Origin: the human T2T-CHM13v2.0 reference genome, Homo sapiens
Assembly (NCBI RefSeq): GCF_009914755.1
Contig: NC_060927.1
DNA length: 64,000 nt
Direction: 5' to 3' (one strand)
In this document: positions 34,709 to 47,413 of the stretch, in pieces
Layout: the number at the start of each line of letters is the position of its first letter
Position numbering within the stretch: position 1 is the first letter of the stretch
Program-made: the position numbers and the translations under genes
Notes under the pieces: generated by a model
Seen by the model: only the letters and a program-made list of their open reading frames with translations
Database searches by the model: none
Told to the model about the DNA's origin: nothing

Positions 34709-36440
34709 TCATTCACTAAATACAATTTAGAAATCAGGAAAAGGAAATTATTACCCACAAGCCATAGCCATCTAATATGTACAAGTTTTAACATTTTAGT
34801 GTATCTCTTTGCAGTAGTCTTTTTGTCCATATATTTCATATGACTGTCATTGTCCTGTATAACAATTTTAAATGGTGACTTTTTCACTAAACCCTATAAC
34901 AAGAACATTTTCATAAAGAAAGCTACCATTTCATAGTGTCTATGCTGTTCCAGGTGAAATTTGGAGTGTGTTAACTAACATACATTATCTCATTTAACCC
35001 TCAAAACAATTTTATGAGATATATATTATTCTTGGGGATATCTGAAAGAAATGTTCATCTAGAATGAAGGTGGATTATTTATGGCCTTCTCTTTAAGGTC
35101 AGAGGCTTTAACCTTATACCTTCCTTGCCTGGTGTTTCTAGCTTTCTCTTTTGGCAAAGAGCAAACTGATACTGTGATTCTCATACTTTATCCTAACCAG
35201 TAAGGGAAATCGCAAGATGTTTCCAACTGCTCACCTGGAACATTTCAGCATAGATCTGGTCCACACAATCTGGAATGCCAGAGGTCCACACTGAGGTTAA
35301 TAAGAATTATGAATTATGGGCTAAACAAAGGGGCAAATGCTTTAAATGGATTATCTTTCAGAATTTCCCCCAGAAATCTACAAGGTGGGCATGATTACAT
35401 CATCCCCATTTTGCAGAAGACATTAGGTCTTACAGAAATTGAGAAAACTTGCTTATGATCACATAAGTAAGTGCTGGAAAATCTCAAGCCGAAACAATTC
35501 CATTCCAGGCCTTATACTCTTAGCCACCATGCAATTCCTCCTACGTGCCTAGTTCTTCTTACTTAAAACTAAGATATCCCCAAGGAGATGGGAGAAAGGA
35601 GTCAAGAGGAGAAAGCCTCACAAGCTTCCAACTGGGCTGGTATGCGTCTATGGCAGCCTCACTGTGTGTGATGTGGCCTCCCAGGACCTCAACCCACTGC
35701 CACCTCCTCATTCACATGTCAGTCCTACGGGCATTCCACTGGCCTCACCATGACACTCTCATCCACCACCCAAGTCAGACAGCTTAATGGTAGACATGCC
35801 CTACAGAAAACCTCCTCATTCATTTTAGGTGTAACCTGAACAAGTTCTTAACTTTGGTGACACATAATCCATATTTATTAACGTAAGTTACAAAAAAAAG
35901 ATATCTCTTTCCCTCTTCATAGATCCCATAAGAAAATCAGAAAGCAAACGAACATGATCAGAGTTTAATGAAATTGATCTCAATTCAAAGTCAATCCCAA
36001 GATTAGTTTGCTAGCTCTTCAGTAAAGAAATCATGCATGTCAATTTCTGATTAAATAAATTGGCCACGGGGAATTCAGAAAATATTTGGAGGATTTTTAC
36101 CATCGCCTCAGTTGGAGACAAGATTTGAGATGACCTTTTCTAGCAAGGTCCAATTGCTGGCACAAAGTCCAGGGTTGCAAGCGCCTATTAGGCCAGCTGG
36201 CCATCTCCTGTCCCTGTGAGCCCATGACCTCTCAGTGTATTTGACAGCAGGGAGAACAACCCGATGGACTCCACCAGCTGAGCCATATATCTCGTACCCG
36301 CTCTCTGCTTCTAATTTGATCAGAAAATAATCACAAAAGGCCTGTACTCTACCCTGATGAGAAAAACAAACCAAGTTCCAGGTGGCAGGTCCCAGACTTG
36401 AAAGAACAGAACAGGCCTGCACCCGGCCCAGAGGACTTAC

Positions 36441-36581
36441 CTGACTTCTTGGTAAGGTGGCTCCAGACAGCAATCCCAGCGATACTTCTTGAAGCTCTCC
36501 ACAGAGCAAGTCTCTCAGCAGAGTTCGAGCTTCTGCTCCTGGCAGCTGCCTGGAGCCCTTCTGGGAGGAGCGGCTTGGAGG
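36441..36581 (-). other. SCN11A: Probable SCN11A 5'-UTR exon (141 nt)
   Basis: Long pyrimidine tract ctttcttcccatttgccttcctccacactctccacccag|C and consensus donor CAG|gtaagt; non-repeat sequence; no ATG. Confidence 0.7.
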
Positions 36582-37344
36582 CTGGGTGGAGAGTGTGGAG
36601 GAAGGCAAATGGGAAGAAAGCCAAAGTGATTTTAAAGAATTGTGTAGGAAACCCTGTAACCGGAGAAGTGACTGAGAGGGTACTTACATTTATACTTTGG
36701 AAGCATCTGCCTTTAATCAGTGCTTAATCTAACTCTGCAGAAAGCATCATTAATAAAGAAACAGGTTGTTGTTTTTTTTTCTGTGGCCTGATCCAAGTGG
36801 GTGAGGGAATACAGAAAAGTCTGTGTGAAAAGCCAGGTTGTGCTTCCGCATTAAGCTTAAGCTGCAGGCCTCCTAACCCAGTGTTCTGGGGTCTCACCCC
36901 CCACAGGACCCACTGAGGCCCACACAACATGGAATTGCTTACAGGGTGTCCATTTGGCATCTCCTCCTTTCTCTTCTCTTGTGCCATTAACCTTGGGGTT
37001 CAGACCTAGAAAAATATTGATAACATGCATGCTTATGTGGTGGCCATAGGGATGCCAAGAGAACTTTTGGTCATCCAGACAACTCTGCAGCAGACTGTCA
37101 CCAACCCAAAACTCCCCCAAGTAAGCTCTTAGTGTTTTTTTTGTTGTTTGTTTGTTTGCTTTTTATTCCTGGGGAAAATTTAAGTCTCCCTGGAAAGTAT
37201 CACACCATAAGCTATTGTCACCTTCAGGAGACTAGCTGACAGTCAGCTGAGATAAAGGGTACAGGGTGAGTGTTTACAAGGAAGTAGGTGCTTACGGGAG
37301 TGCAGGATGGGAAACAGGAAATTTTGGTCCTGCCACAAGGGGCG

Positions 37345-37520
37345 CTGAATACTGGTTTCGGCTCCACCACTTCTCAGCTGCATGTTATTGGAAAGATCAC
37401 TTAGTTTCCTGAGCCTTAGTTTTCTCCATGTTAAATATGATAATTCTTTCAAATCTTTTTACTGTTAAGAAGCAAATGTGATAATAGCTCTAAAAACACT
37501 CAGCAAACACTAAATCGAAG
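37345..37520 (+). mobile_element. MIR
   Basis: ctgagccttagttttctccatgttaaa core. Confidence 0.65.
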
Positions 37521-38726
37521 TATCTGTGGATTTTTAAGAGGAAAAATGCCTGGTTGCTTTTCTCCCCCTACTAAGCCAACACCCAGGTCCTCTGGAGAGG
37601 AATTGAAACCACAGACGTGGGATCAGCCCCTGGCCTGGCATGGAGCATATGGCTTGGGTTTTTGAAGCAGGAATCAAAAATTCTAAGCCCTTGCCTGGTT
37701 TCACAGTGACTCCCAGAATAAGAGAAGACCAAAGAATAAGAGAGGTACTTAGAGTTAATAAGCACTTTTTACATAAATGCAACGTGTGTGTTTGAAAAGG
37801 TAAGAGGACTCCGAATCCATTATCTTAAAGAGCCCTGGCCTTTTGAAATGTAGACTCTTTAAAAAAATTATTTTTCTGATAGGATTGTTTGGGTTTTTTT
37901 TGTTACTGATTTGTTTGAGTTCTTTGTAGATTCTGGATATTAGACCTTTGTCAAATGTATAGATGGTGAAGATTTTCTCCCACTCTGTGGGTTGTCTGTT
38001 TACTCTGCTGAAAAGCTCTTTAGTTTAATTAGGTCCCAGCTATTTATCTTTGTTTTTATTGCATTTGCTTTTGGGTTTTTGGTCATGAAATTCTTGCCTA
38101 AGCCAATGTCTAGAAGGGATTTTCCAACGTTGTCTTCTAGAATTTTTATAGTTTCAGGCCTTAGGTTTAAGTCTTTAATCCATCTTGAGTTGATTTTTGC
38201 ATAAGGCAAGAGATGAGGATCAAGTTTCACTCTTCTATATGTGGCTTGCCAATTATCCCAGCACCATTTGTTGAAAAGGCTGTCCTTTCCCCACTTTATG
38301 TTTTTGTTTGCTTTGTTGAAGATCAGTTGGCTGTAAGTATTTGGGTTTATTTCTGGGCTCTCTATTCTGTTCCATAGGTATATGTGCTTATTTTTATAGC
38401 AGTACCACACTGTTTTGGTGACTATGGCCCTATAGTATAATTTGAAATCAGGTAGTGTGACGCCTCCAGATTTGTTGTTTTTTCTTAGTGTTGCTTTGGC
38501 TGTGTGGGCTCTTTTTTGGATCCATATGGATTTTAGAATTGTTTTTTCTAATTCTGTGAAGAATGATGGTGATATTTTGATGGGGATTGTGTTGAATTTG
38601 TAGATTGCTTTTGGCAGTATGGTCATTTTCACAATATTGATTCTACCCATCCATGAGCATGGGATGTGTTTCCATTTGTTTGTGTCATCTATGATTTCTT
38701 TCAATTCCATCAAAAAGTGGGCTAAG

Positions 38727-39040
38727 GGCTGGATGCGTTGGCTCACACCTGTAATCCTAGCACTTTGGGAGGCTGAGGCTGATGGATCACCTGAAGTCAG
38801 GAGTTCAAGACCTTGGCCAACATGACAAAACCCCATCTCTACAAAAAACACAAAAATTAGCTGGGCATGGTGGTGGGCGCCTATAATCCCAGCTACTCAG
38901 GAGGCTGAGGCAGAAGAATCACTTGAACCCAGGGAGCGGAGGTTGCAGTGAGCAGATATCATGCCACTTCACTCAAGCCTGGGCAAAAGAGTGAAACTCC
39001 GTCTAAAAATAAAAAATAAAATAATAATAATAATAATAAT
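38727..39040 (+). mobile_element. AluS inside the L1PB
   Basis: TSD agtgggctaag 38716-38726 and 39041-39051; (AAT)n tail. Confidence 0.92.
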
Positions 39041-39505
39041 AGTGGGCTAAGGACATGAATAGACAATTCTCAAAAGATATACAAATGGCCAACAAACGTG
39101 AAAAAATGCTCAACATCACTAATGATCAGAAAAAAGCAAATCAAAACTACAATGTGATACAACCTTACTCCTGCAAGAATGGCCATAATTAAAAAATCAA
39201 AAAACAGTAGATGTTGGCGTGGATGCAGTGAACAGGGAATGCTTCTACACTGCTGGTGGGAATGTAAACTAGTACAGCCACTGTGGAAAACAGTGTGGAA
39301 ATTCCTTAAAGAACTAAAAGTAGAACTACTATTTGATCTAGCAATCTCACTATTGAGTATCTACCCAGAGGAAAAGAAGTCTTTATTAAAAAAAAAAATA
39401 ATCTGTACATCCATGTTTGTAGTAGCACAATTCACAACTGCAAAATCATGGAAACAACCTAAATGCCCATCAATCAATAAGTGGATAAAGAAACTATATC
39501 TATTT

Positions 39506-39508
39506 GAT

Positions 39509-39553
<45 letters not shown>

Positions 39554-39690
39554 AGATATATATATATATATATATATATGATGGAGATATATATATATAT
39601 ATATATGATGGAGATATATATATATATATGATGGAGATATATATATATGATGGAGATATATATATATATGATGGAGATACATATATATAA
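39506..39690. repeat. Compound VNTR [GATGGAG(AT)n]x6
   Basis: Direct. Confidence 0.95.
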
Positions 39691-41993
39691 TGGAACACTA
39701 TGCAGACATAAAAAGGAATGAATTAACAGCTTTTGCAGTGACCTGGATAAGATTGGAGGCTATTATTCAAGTGAAGTAACTCAGGAATTGAAAACTGAAC
39801 ATCGTATGTTCTCACCGATATGTGGGAGTAAGCTATGAGGATGCAAAGGCATAAGAATGATACAATGACTTTGGGGAGTCGGGGGGAAGAGTGGGAGAGA
39901 GGCAAGGGATTAAAAAACTACTAATATGGTACAGTGTAGACTGCTCGGGTGATATGTGTACCAAAATCTCACAAATCACCACTTAAGAACTTACTCATGT
40001 AACCAAATACCACCTGTACCCCAATAACTTACAGAAAAATTTTAAAAAATTAAACAATTTTTTCTGAACAATTAAGTCACATTTAAGTCACATTCAGACT
40101 TCCTGAAGTTTCAAAGAATCTTTCTAGCTTCATCTTTAAGGTAAATGCAAATGATTCCAAGTGTAAAGACTTAAGTGACAAAGAATAATACACACACAGG
40201 TCACTTGAGTGGAGTTTGCATTCAGGACTTTTCTGTCCTGTGGGAAATTAAAACATGTGTCTGACAAATGGAGCAGAGCACCTGTGCTGGGTCCACATTG
40301 TAAGAGGATGTCAACAACAGACACGTTCAGAGGCGCCCCACATTTGCATCCTTGGAGCCACACAGCACATTGCCGTCCCTTGGTGATGGCAGGCAGCAAG
40401 ACCCTGCCAGTCTCAGTTCTGCCGTCTGATGAGGAGTCTGGCTTCAGCATCAGTGGCCAGGTAAGGTGCATCAGCTTTAGCAGCAGCAACACCTCCCATC
40501 TGCTCATTTAGCAAAGATGACATTGAGCCGCCTCTACTGCAGAACACCATGCTGTATCCTGAAAACATTAAAACAAGACCTTAGGTCTTTAGGAGCATGC
40601 ATCTGCTGCATGAGAAAGAACAGGTGTGCTGAGAAAGAACCATAAAAAAGCAAGAGATCATCAAGGAGCTGCAAGTAAGATACAGAGGCTTTCACAGAAT
40701 GGGACAGGGAGCAACTCGTTCTGGTATGGCTTCCGAGAAGAGGTGAGATTTAAACTGAAGCATAGAGGATGACTAAGAACTCAACAGGTGGAGAAAGTGG
40801 GGATGGGCTTTCCATGAAAAGCAGGTGCAAGGGCACACAGGCTTGGAGGTACAAGCATGTGTAGACAACCTCTAGTGGTTTCATGGAGATGTGGTATTGC
40901 CAAAAGGAGGAGCATGGAAGAAGAGGAGGCAAAGTTGAAGGGATGCCTTGAATACCTCTTGCATACCACCAAGGAGTTCAAACCTAAATTTGTATTGATT
41001 CACACAGCAGGCATGATACTGGCACCGTCTCAAGCTCTCGATTACTTTAGGCATAACCACCAAGTCTTCTGTTTCCCTGATGTGGGCCACTGCTGACATC
41101 CATGCAAATAAGCAGATGTCAATGGACAACGTTCAGTGTAGGATGAGTGCCGCTTAGAAGAGTGAACAGCCAAAGTGAACAGAGCATTGTGTGGGGAAAC
41201 TGAGAGTAAGCAAACCAAAAGAACTGGCTGTGACTGATTCTTCAGAGACAGCTCTGAGGAAGCACAGAATCCGTGGCTAGGAAGCACTTCCTCCAGGGCT
41301 CTAATGGAGACTCCTAGTAGATCCTTACAGAAAGCATACTCATTGAGAAGAGTTTCATGATCTTGTTCACTGCCGTGCCGTGATTAAAACAGTGCATGTC
41401 ACTTAATAGGTGCTTAATAATTGTTTGTGAATAAATAAAATAACTGCTAACCTCCTCATAGTCCTTTCTGAGACCCAGCCCTGGCTCCTCAATCTTGTAT
41501 GTCTGGTCCTGGGAAGGAGGCCCTGCCAGGCCCCTGTAAGACAACGTTTGTAAGGTCTGGTTTCTTCATTCCCATCTTTTGTTTCCAGCCAGCTTCGCCC
41601 AGTGCAAGCCCTTCTCACCTCTCATCTTGACCATCATGAAGGCCTTCACAATCGACAGTCTGCTCCAGTTTCCTCCTGGTAAGCTGTCCCTATCCTGACC
41701 ACCCCTGTTCCAGCCACATCTTGCTCTTCTCTGTTCCCTGCCCTGACCAGACCTTGTGGCCACTCTGAGTCTTGCTAAAGTCGCAGTGCTCTCCTCTTGC
41801 CTTTCTTCTCACGCATTTCCCAATCTCTGAATTTCTGCTGCTTCTGTGAAGCCTTTCTTTTTCTTTTTTTTTCATATGACAAGGTGTTTATTGGAGTCTT
41901 AAGAATTGCAATTTGGAAGACACAGATTCGACTAGAAGTCAGCTTGTGTTCCAAAGAAAGGGAGGGGAGTATGCATTTTTAAAAGGAAGCCGA

Positions 41994-42162
41994 GGCCTGG
42001 GTATGGTGGTGCACACCTGCAATCCCAGCACTTCAGGAGGCTAAGGCAGGAGACTCATGGGAGCCCTGGAGGTGAAGGCTGCAGTGAGTTAGGATTGTGC
42101 CACTTTACACCACCTTAGGTGACAGAACAAGACCCTGTCCCTTAAAAAAAATTAAAAAAAAA
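41994..42162 (+). mobile_element. Monomeric Alu (FRAM/FAM-like)
   Basis: Single arm with A tail; TSD-like aaggaagccgagg / aagaagctgagg. Confidence 0.75.
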
Positions 42163-42627
42163 AGAAGCTGAGGATGATTATGCAAGTTGTTTTGAAAAAA
42201 TATATATCACTGGTAGAGGCAGCTGGCTTAGTACCTGAGATCATTGGTTGTTTCTGTTCAGAAGTTGCAGCGCTGGTGAAATTCAGCTGCTTTCCAGAAC
42301 GTTGCCATCAAGGCTGTTTGGCCCAACCCAAAAATTCGAGGCAAGTTTCTGAGGGTTTTTGTTGTTGTTGTTTGCAAGGTTGCAGGTCGTCAGTCCTCCC
42401 TAGAATGGCTTCCTGACTTCACTTTAGAGATCTGAACCAGAGGGACATCATTTTGTGTATCAGTTTCACATAACAAAGGAAATTAACATTTGTTAATGTC
42501 ATAGTTCATTATTATCATTATAGATCATTCATTCATTACAAAACAAATAAATTATGTAATTTGAGGTAGGAGTATTTTACAAAAAAAAGATGAAGCAAGG
42601 TAAGAGGAGAGAGTAGCAAGGATTGTA

Positions 42628-42960
42628 CATTTTTATTGCTATACAATATTTTATCCATTTATGGGGTATATTTGATTTTGTTGCATGCATAGAATGTGTA
42701 GCAACCAAGTCAGGGTATCTGGGCCGGTATCCATCACCTTGAATATTTATTATTTGTATGTGTTGGGAACATTTCAAATTCTCTCTTCTAGCTGCTTTGA
42801 AATATAGAATACATTGTTGTTAACTACAGTCACCCTACTCTGCTGTTGAACATTAGAACTTATGCCTTCTACCTAACCGTATGTTTGTACCCACTGACCA
42901 ATCTCTCTTCCTACCACTGCCCTCCACATCCTTCCCAGCCTCTGGTATCTATTATTCTCC
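42628..42960 (-). mobile_element. L1MA 3' end
   Basis: ctctcttctagctgctttgaaatatagaatacattgttgttaactacagtcaccctac motif. Confidence 0.75.
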
Positions 42961-43044
42961 TTGGCTTCTGTGAAGCCTTTCTTGACCATGTTTATGCAGT
43001 GCATTGCATACTTTCATGTTTCAAAATTATTTTAGACATTGCCT

Positions 43045-43900
43045 TTGTGTTTTGGTTTGGGTTCCCCCAGAAGCATTAGACAAGCACTCCAGTGTGGGAG
43101 TTTATTTGGAAAGTGATCTCAGGAAACAGGATTGAAGGAATGAGGAATGGAAAGCTGAGAAGGAGAAGCCAATAAAGGGTGTGCACTTGAGATGATTACT
43201 GATATGGCCAACTGTGGCTCAGCCTCTCTAGAGACTGTCTGAGGAACCACATAGAATGTACTTGAATATTAGGAGGCTGAAACATCTATCCTCTGGCTTA
43301 CATTCCCTATTGTCAGAGATGCCATGGTAACCAGCCTCCAAGGCAGCCCAATGATCCGTATCTCCTGATTTTCACTTTCTTGTGTGGTTCTATCCCAAAT
43401 TGAACAGGGCTGACGTGTGTAAACAATAGAATATTGGAGAAGTGACAATGTGTAATTCCTGAGGCTCAGTCATAAAGGGCATTGCAAGTTTTGTCTTGCT
43501 GTCTTGGATTGCTCACTCTGGAAGAAGCTAGTTGCCATGCTGTGAGGACACTCAATGAGCCCTACGGAGATTCCACGTGGGGAGCATCTGAGGCCTCTTG
43601 TCAATAGCCAGCACCAGCTTACCAGCCATATGAGTAAGTCATCTTGGAAGCAGACCCTCTATTTTCAGGAGTTCATTTCCCTCCCATCTCCAAATCCCTG
43701 GGCTATGCTTGTTTGTGGGCTGAGAGAGCTCCCATGGCTTTGGAGAAAGCACTGAGACAGAAAAGCCAAGTGAAGCAAGGCAGACTCTTGAGGTGGGATG
43801 CTGTCAGTATGCAAGGGAACTGTCCACCACAGCTTTAGCTGGAATCAGAGGTGGGCTGCTGGAATGTGGCAGGGAATACACAAGCACCTGCTAGACTGAG
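43045..43900. mobile_element. Nested MLT1 (MaLR) LTR remnants
   Basis: gggttcccccagaagc...tttatttggaaagtgatctcaggaa; inner MLT1F-like gccatgctgtgaggacactcaa; approximate. Confidence 0.55.
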
Positions 43901-44726
43901 CAACTTCCTAAAAGATGATTCCTGCATATTCTTATTTCCCCTCCCCAGGGCTCATCAAAGGGCTACTCACACATGTCAGTATTCAGCAAAGGCATCAACG
44001 CCCAACTCATGAGAGCTCCTGCAACAGTGAAAATTGCTCCATCCTCTGACTTCCACTATTCATTCCTTGTACCTTTTCTAAGTATTTAGTTCACTCTGCT
44101 TCCAATTCTAATATACAGTATTGAGGATTCTTTTGGAACAGAATGCTAACCCTAGCTAGTATAAGCATAAAAGAAAGCTTGCTGGCAGAGAACAGGGGTG
44201 TCACACAGAATTCAAGGGGAGAGAAGCTTCTGACCCTCATGGAGTAGAACCGAAGAATGAAGACCTGTAGGAAATACAGGGAGGTCTGTGTCTCCTTGTC
44301 TCTTGCAGTTGTTGCTAGTCTACAGCCTCTTTGCTCTCCTTTCTCAGTGTTCACTGGTTTTCTCTGATCCTAGTACACCTGACAGAAAATGTTCACTCTC
44401 AACCACCATGTTTACATGCTGCTCTCTCTCATTCCCAGATACAAAATTCCTAGGGAAGGGACTGAGTGGCCCCACCTGGCTCAGGGGCCTGACTCTGAAC
44501 CTCAACAGAGGCCAGAGAGATGGAGGTCAGGCAGCTGCCCCTGCCAACCTGGTGGACCAGGGAGAAGCAATCCCTAAAGAAAACCCTAATGGGGATAGCA
44601 ACATTATAGCAATGTTTTAAAAATTAAATGAGGCAGTATGCCAAAACTTCCCTTCATACATTCTAAAATGTTATACAAAGGTCCAACTTTATTGTTATTT
44701 GGGAACCAGTGTAGTGTAGAGGGAAA

Positions 44727-44870
44727 ACACACATGCCTCCCCCCAACACACATGTGCACACACACGTGCACACACACATATGCTTACACATGTGCACACG
44801 CATACATATATGCAAACACATGCACACAAGCACACACATACACACCCACACACGCACACACATACACACG
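44727..44870. repeat. Degenerate (CA)-rich purine-pyrimidine tract, followed by a MIR (~44875-45090)
   Basis: Direct. Confidence 0.85.
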
Positions 44871-47300
44871 TCAGAATCAAAGACCTGGCCTGAAGCCTAC
44901 CTTGTTCTGCCACCTAATAGCTGTGTGATCTCCTTTTGAACTTTCTGAGCCTCAGTTTCTTCATCTAGAAAATGGCACTGATAACATCTACTACATAAAG
45001 TTTTCATGTATTTAAATGATCAGGAGTTAACACTTTATAAACTGTAAAGTACATGTGAAAATAAATGCATATGGTTGTGGTAATAGTATTTATATATGTG
45101 GTCTCCCACTAGCTACCATGTCCCTACCCCACACACAGATACAAATACATACACACTCCAATTCTTTATGCCCGTCACAGCCCCTACCTACCATATTTGA
45201 GCCCCAAGTAGTAGCTGCAGTGGCTTGCTGACTTATTTGTGCAGGAGGGTGCAGGGAAGAGGTGGTTGGAGGGAGGAAGGGAAGGAACAAGGCAGGCAGG
45301 CAGGCAGGCAGGCAGGCATGCTGCCAGACTGAGGCTAGGATAGGTGGCCAAGTCTACATGGAGGCCCAGCGAAGGGACTGGCTGGAAGTCAAAAAGGATA
45401 TAATTAACTTAAGAATCACCATAAACTTGTTGCCACTCTTAATAGGCTTCAAATATTTTCTCAATTTACCCTGGCTTCATTCTTCTTGGTTTACCCTTAC
45501 TGGGGAGGAAGGAGGAGAAAAATCTTAAAGGGGCAGCACCACCAAGCACATAAGAGGGATGAACAGGTCTAAGCTTTGAACAAAATCTCAGCGGCCTGCT
45601 GTGACATCAGCTGCCTGCACGGCCCCTCCTTAGGGAACACAGGGAGTGAGGGAGTTGAGTTGTAGTGACAGGAAGAAACACACATGCCTGACCTGGCTGT
45701 GAAGCTGCCATCCTTGACCCTGTGGTCTAGGGGCTGCAGTTTAGTGTTCTTTGAAGAGTCAAGGGAGGATTGCCTTGTGATGCTCCCTGTGTTTGGTCAT
45801 TTCAGCTTGCTTTGTTTTTTCCTGACTAGGCAGAAAGTGCATGTTGGTATTTCTGGAACAAATTTAAAAGCTTCTGGAAACGAATTCACAATGTGCATAA
45901 GAAAAGAGACAGTGTCTGATAACCGAAGTTCAAGCTGAGAAGCAGCATGATTGGATATCACAGGATCAGCTCCTCACTCCACCTTAAGTTAACTGCTTAA
46001 TGCCAAAGTCTAGTCTTAAGAAGGCTCAGTTCTCTCTCTAAAATTGAGAACACAAACCCCCCAATCTACCTCCCACATAAGGTGGCCCAATCAAAGCCTC
46101 CAGGCTTGCCTGCCCCTGTGGCCATCTTTTGAATGCTCCCTTTTATCTGCAGCGCAGATGTTAGCTGCCTGTTTCTCTGCTGTCACCTGTATCCACTCTT
46201 GCGGCCCCTGGCTTCTGGTCCCCCAAAGAGCCTGCTCTCAGGAAAGCATTAGTGAGCATCGTAGATCTCACCAGTGTTTCTGTAGGGGAGAGAGCGGAGG
46301 AGGGTTATACTGCACAGCCCATAGCAAGAGGGGGGATCTCTCTTGGCCTTCTAACCCTACTGGACCCTCGATTGGATCTATTCACCTCAATTTCCTGCCA
46401 TCTTTCCTCTCAGGAATGAAACAGATTTCAATACTGTTTCCAATCTTAAAGATGCCACCCCCTGTAATTTTTTGCATGCATGCCCTTGGGATCTTACTCT
46501 CCATCTCATCAAGCAATTTACCTGAGTATTTCTTTGAAACAAATAATATGCCCTCTCCAAAATAAATTTTAGTAAAGAAATATGTCACCAGCTCATTAGA
46601 TTGCCATAATTTGGAATTAAAGGTAACTTTCTCTTTTAGTTTGCTGTCAATTTTATATTTAATCTTAGAAATTAAAAATAGATACTAGAAATCTTAGTTA
46701 ATTTTTTGGTTGAGGCCTGGCCTTTCAGACACTATTCAAGAGGCCTTGAGGTGAGTGTGTGTGCCTGCTCACAGATGTCTAGAGAGTCAGACCCTCAGGG
46801 TCCCTGCTTAGCTCACTCTCCTGGATCATCTGTGACCCATGCTCTGGGCAATCCAGATTGTTAGCCTCTAGGCTCCTTGGACACCAGCAAGACCCCTTCC
46901 CTATAACACCCCGCATGATGTTGCCTTCTGAGAAGAGGTCAGCACCATGGGCCGTGAGCACACCCTGACCATGAAGGCTTCATTGTGCCCCCAGAGCTTT
47001 GGGACTTTGCTCAAAAGGAGGGGCAGGTGTGGATGCTCTTTCAGCCCCTCTGAAAGCCCAGACTACCTGATCTCCCAATCCCTAGACCCATCTTCCTCCA
47101 TCAGGGAGCTTAACAGGCTTTGAAGTAGAGGCAGAGCTGCTACCAGAGCCCCAGTGGAGGGTCCAGGGTCTCACAGCCTCAGCAACTCAAAGCTATAGAT
47201 CCTGTTGCCGTGGCTCAAATCCAGAGACGTAAGTGTCTGATGTGTGTCCCTGAGAGCTCAGCTGTGCATTCACACTCACCCATACACTTACACACTCACA

Positions 47301-47413
47301 TTTTTTCTTTTCTTTTTCTTGTTTTTTTTTTTAACAGACAAGGTCTCTGTCTGCCGCCCAGGTTGGAGCTCAGTGGCATAATCATAGCTCCCCGCAGCCT
47401 TGACCTCCTGGGC
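47301..47413 (-). mobile_element. 5'-truncated AluJ right-arm fragment
   Basis: T tail + agacaaggtctctgtctgccgcccagg... Confidence 0.75.

Larger units (their letters stand above)
37880..40051 (+). mobile_element. 5'-inverted L1PB (inverted part 37880-38702 on minus; 3' part ~38703-40051 on plus)
   Basis: ORF2 homology on both strands, contiguous in L1 coordinates; L1PB 3'UTR; degenerate TSD ending tttttctga. Confidence 0.85.

Noticed and set aside
38000-38851. 283-aa ORF
   Set aside because: Chance fusion of antisense Alu and an inverted L1 ORF2 fragment; no ATG-led gene context
39506-39690. CRISPR-like repeat-spacer pattern
   Set aside because: 7-bp units with (AT)n spacers in a mammalian L1; no cas genes
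45595-45680. TGACATCA, CAGCTG and CAGGAAG motif cluster as an enhancer
   Set aside because: Short motifs alone are not enough without chromatin or conservation data
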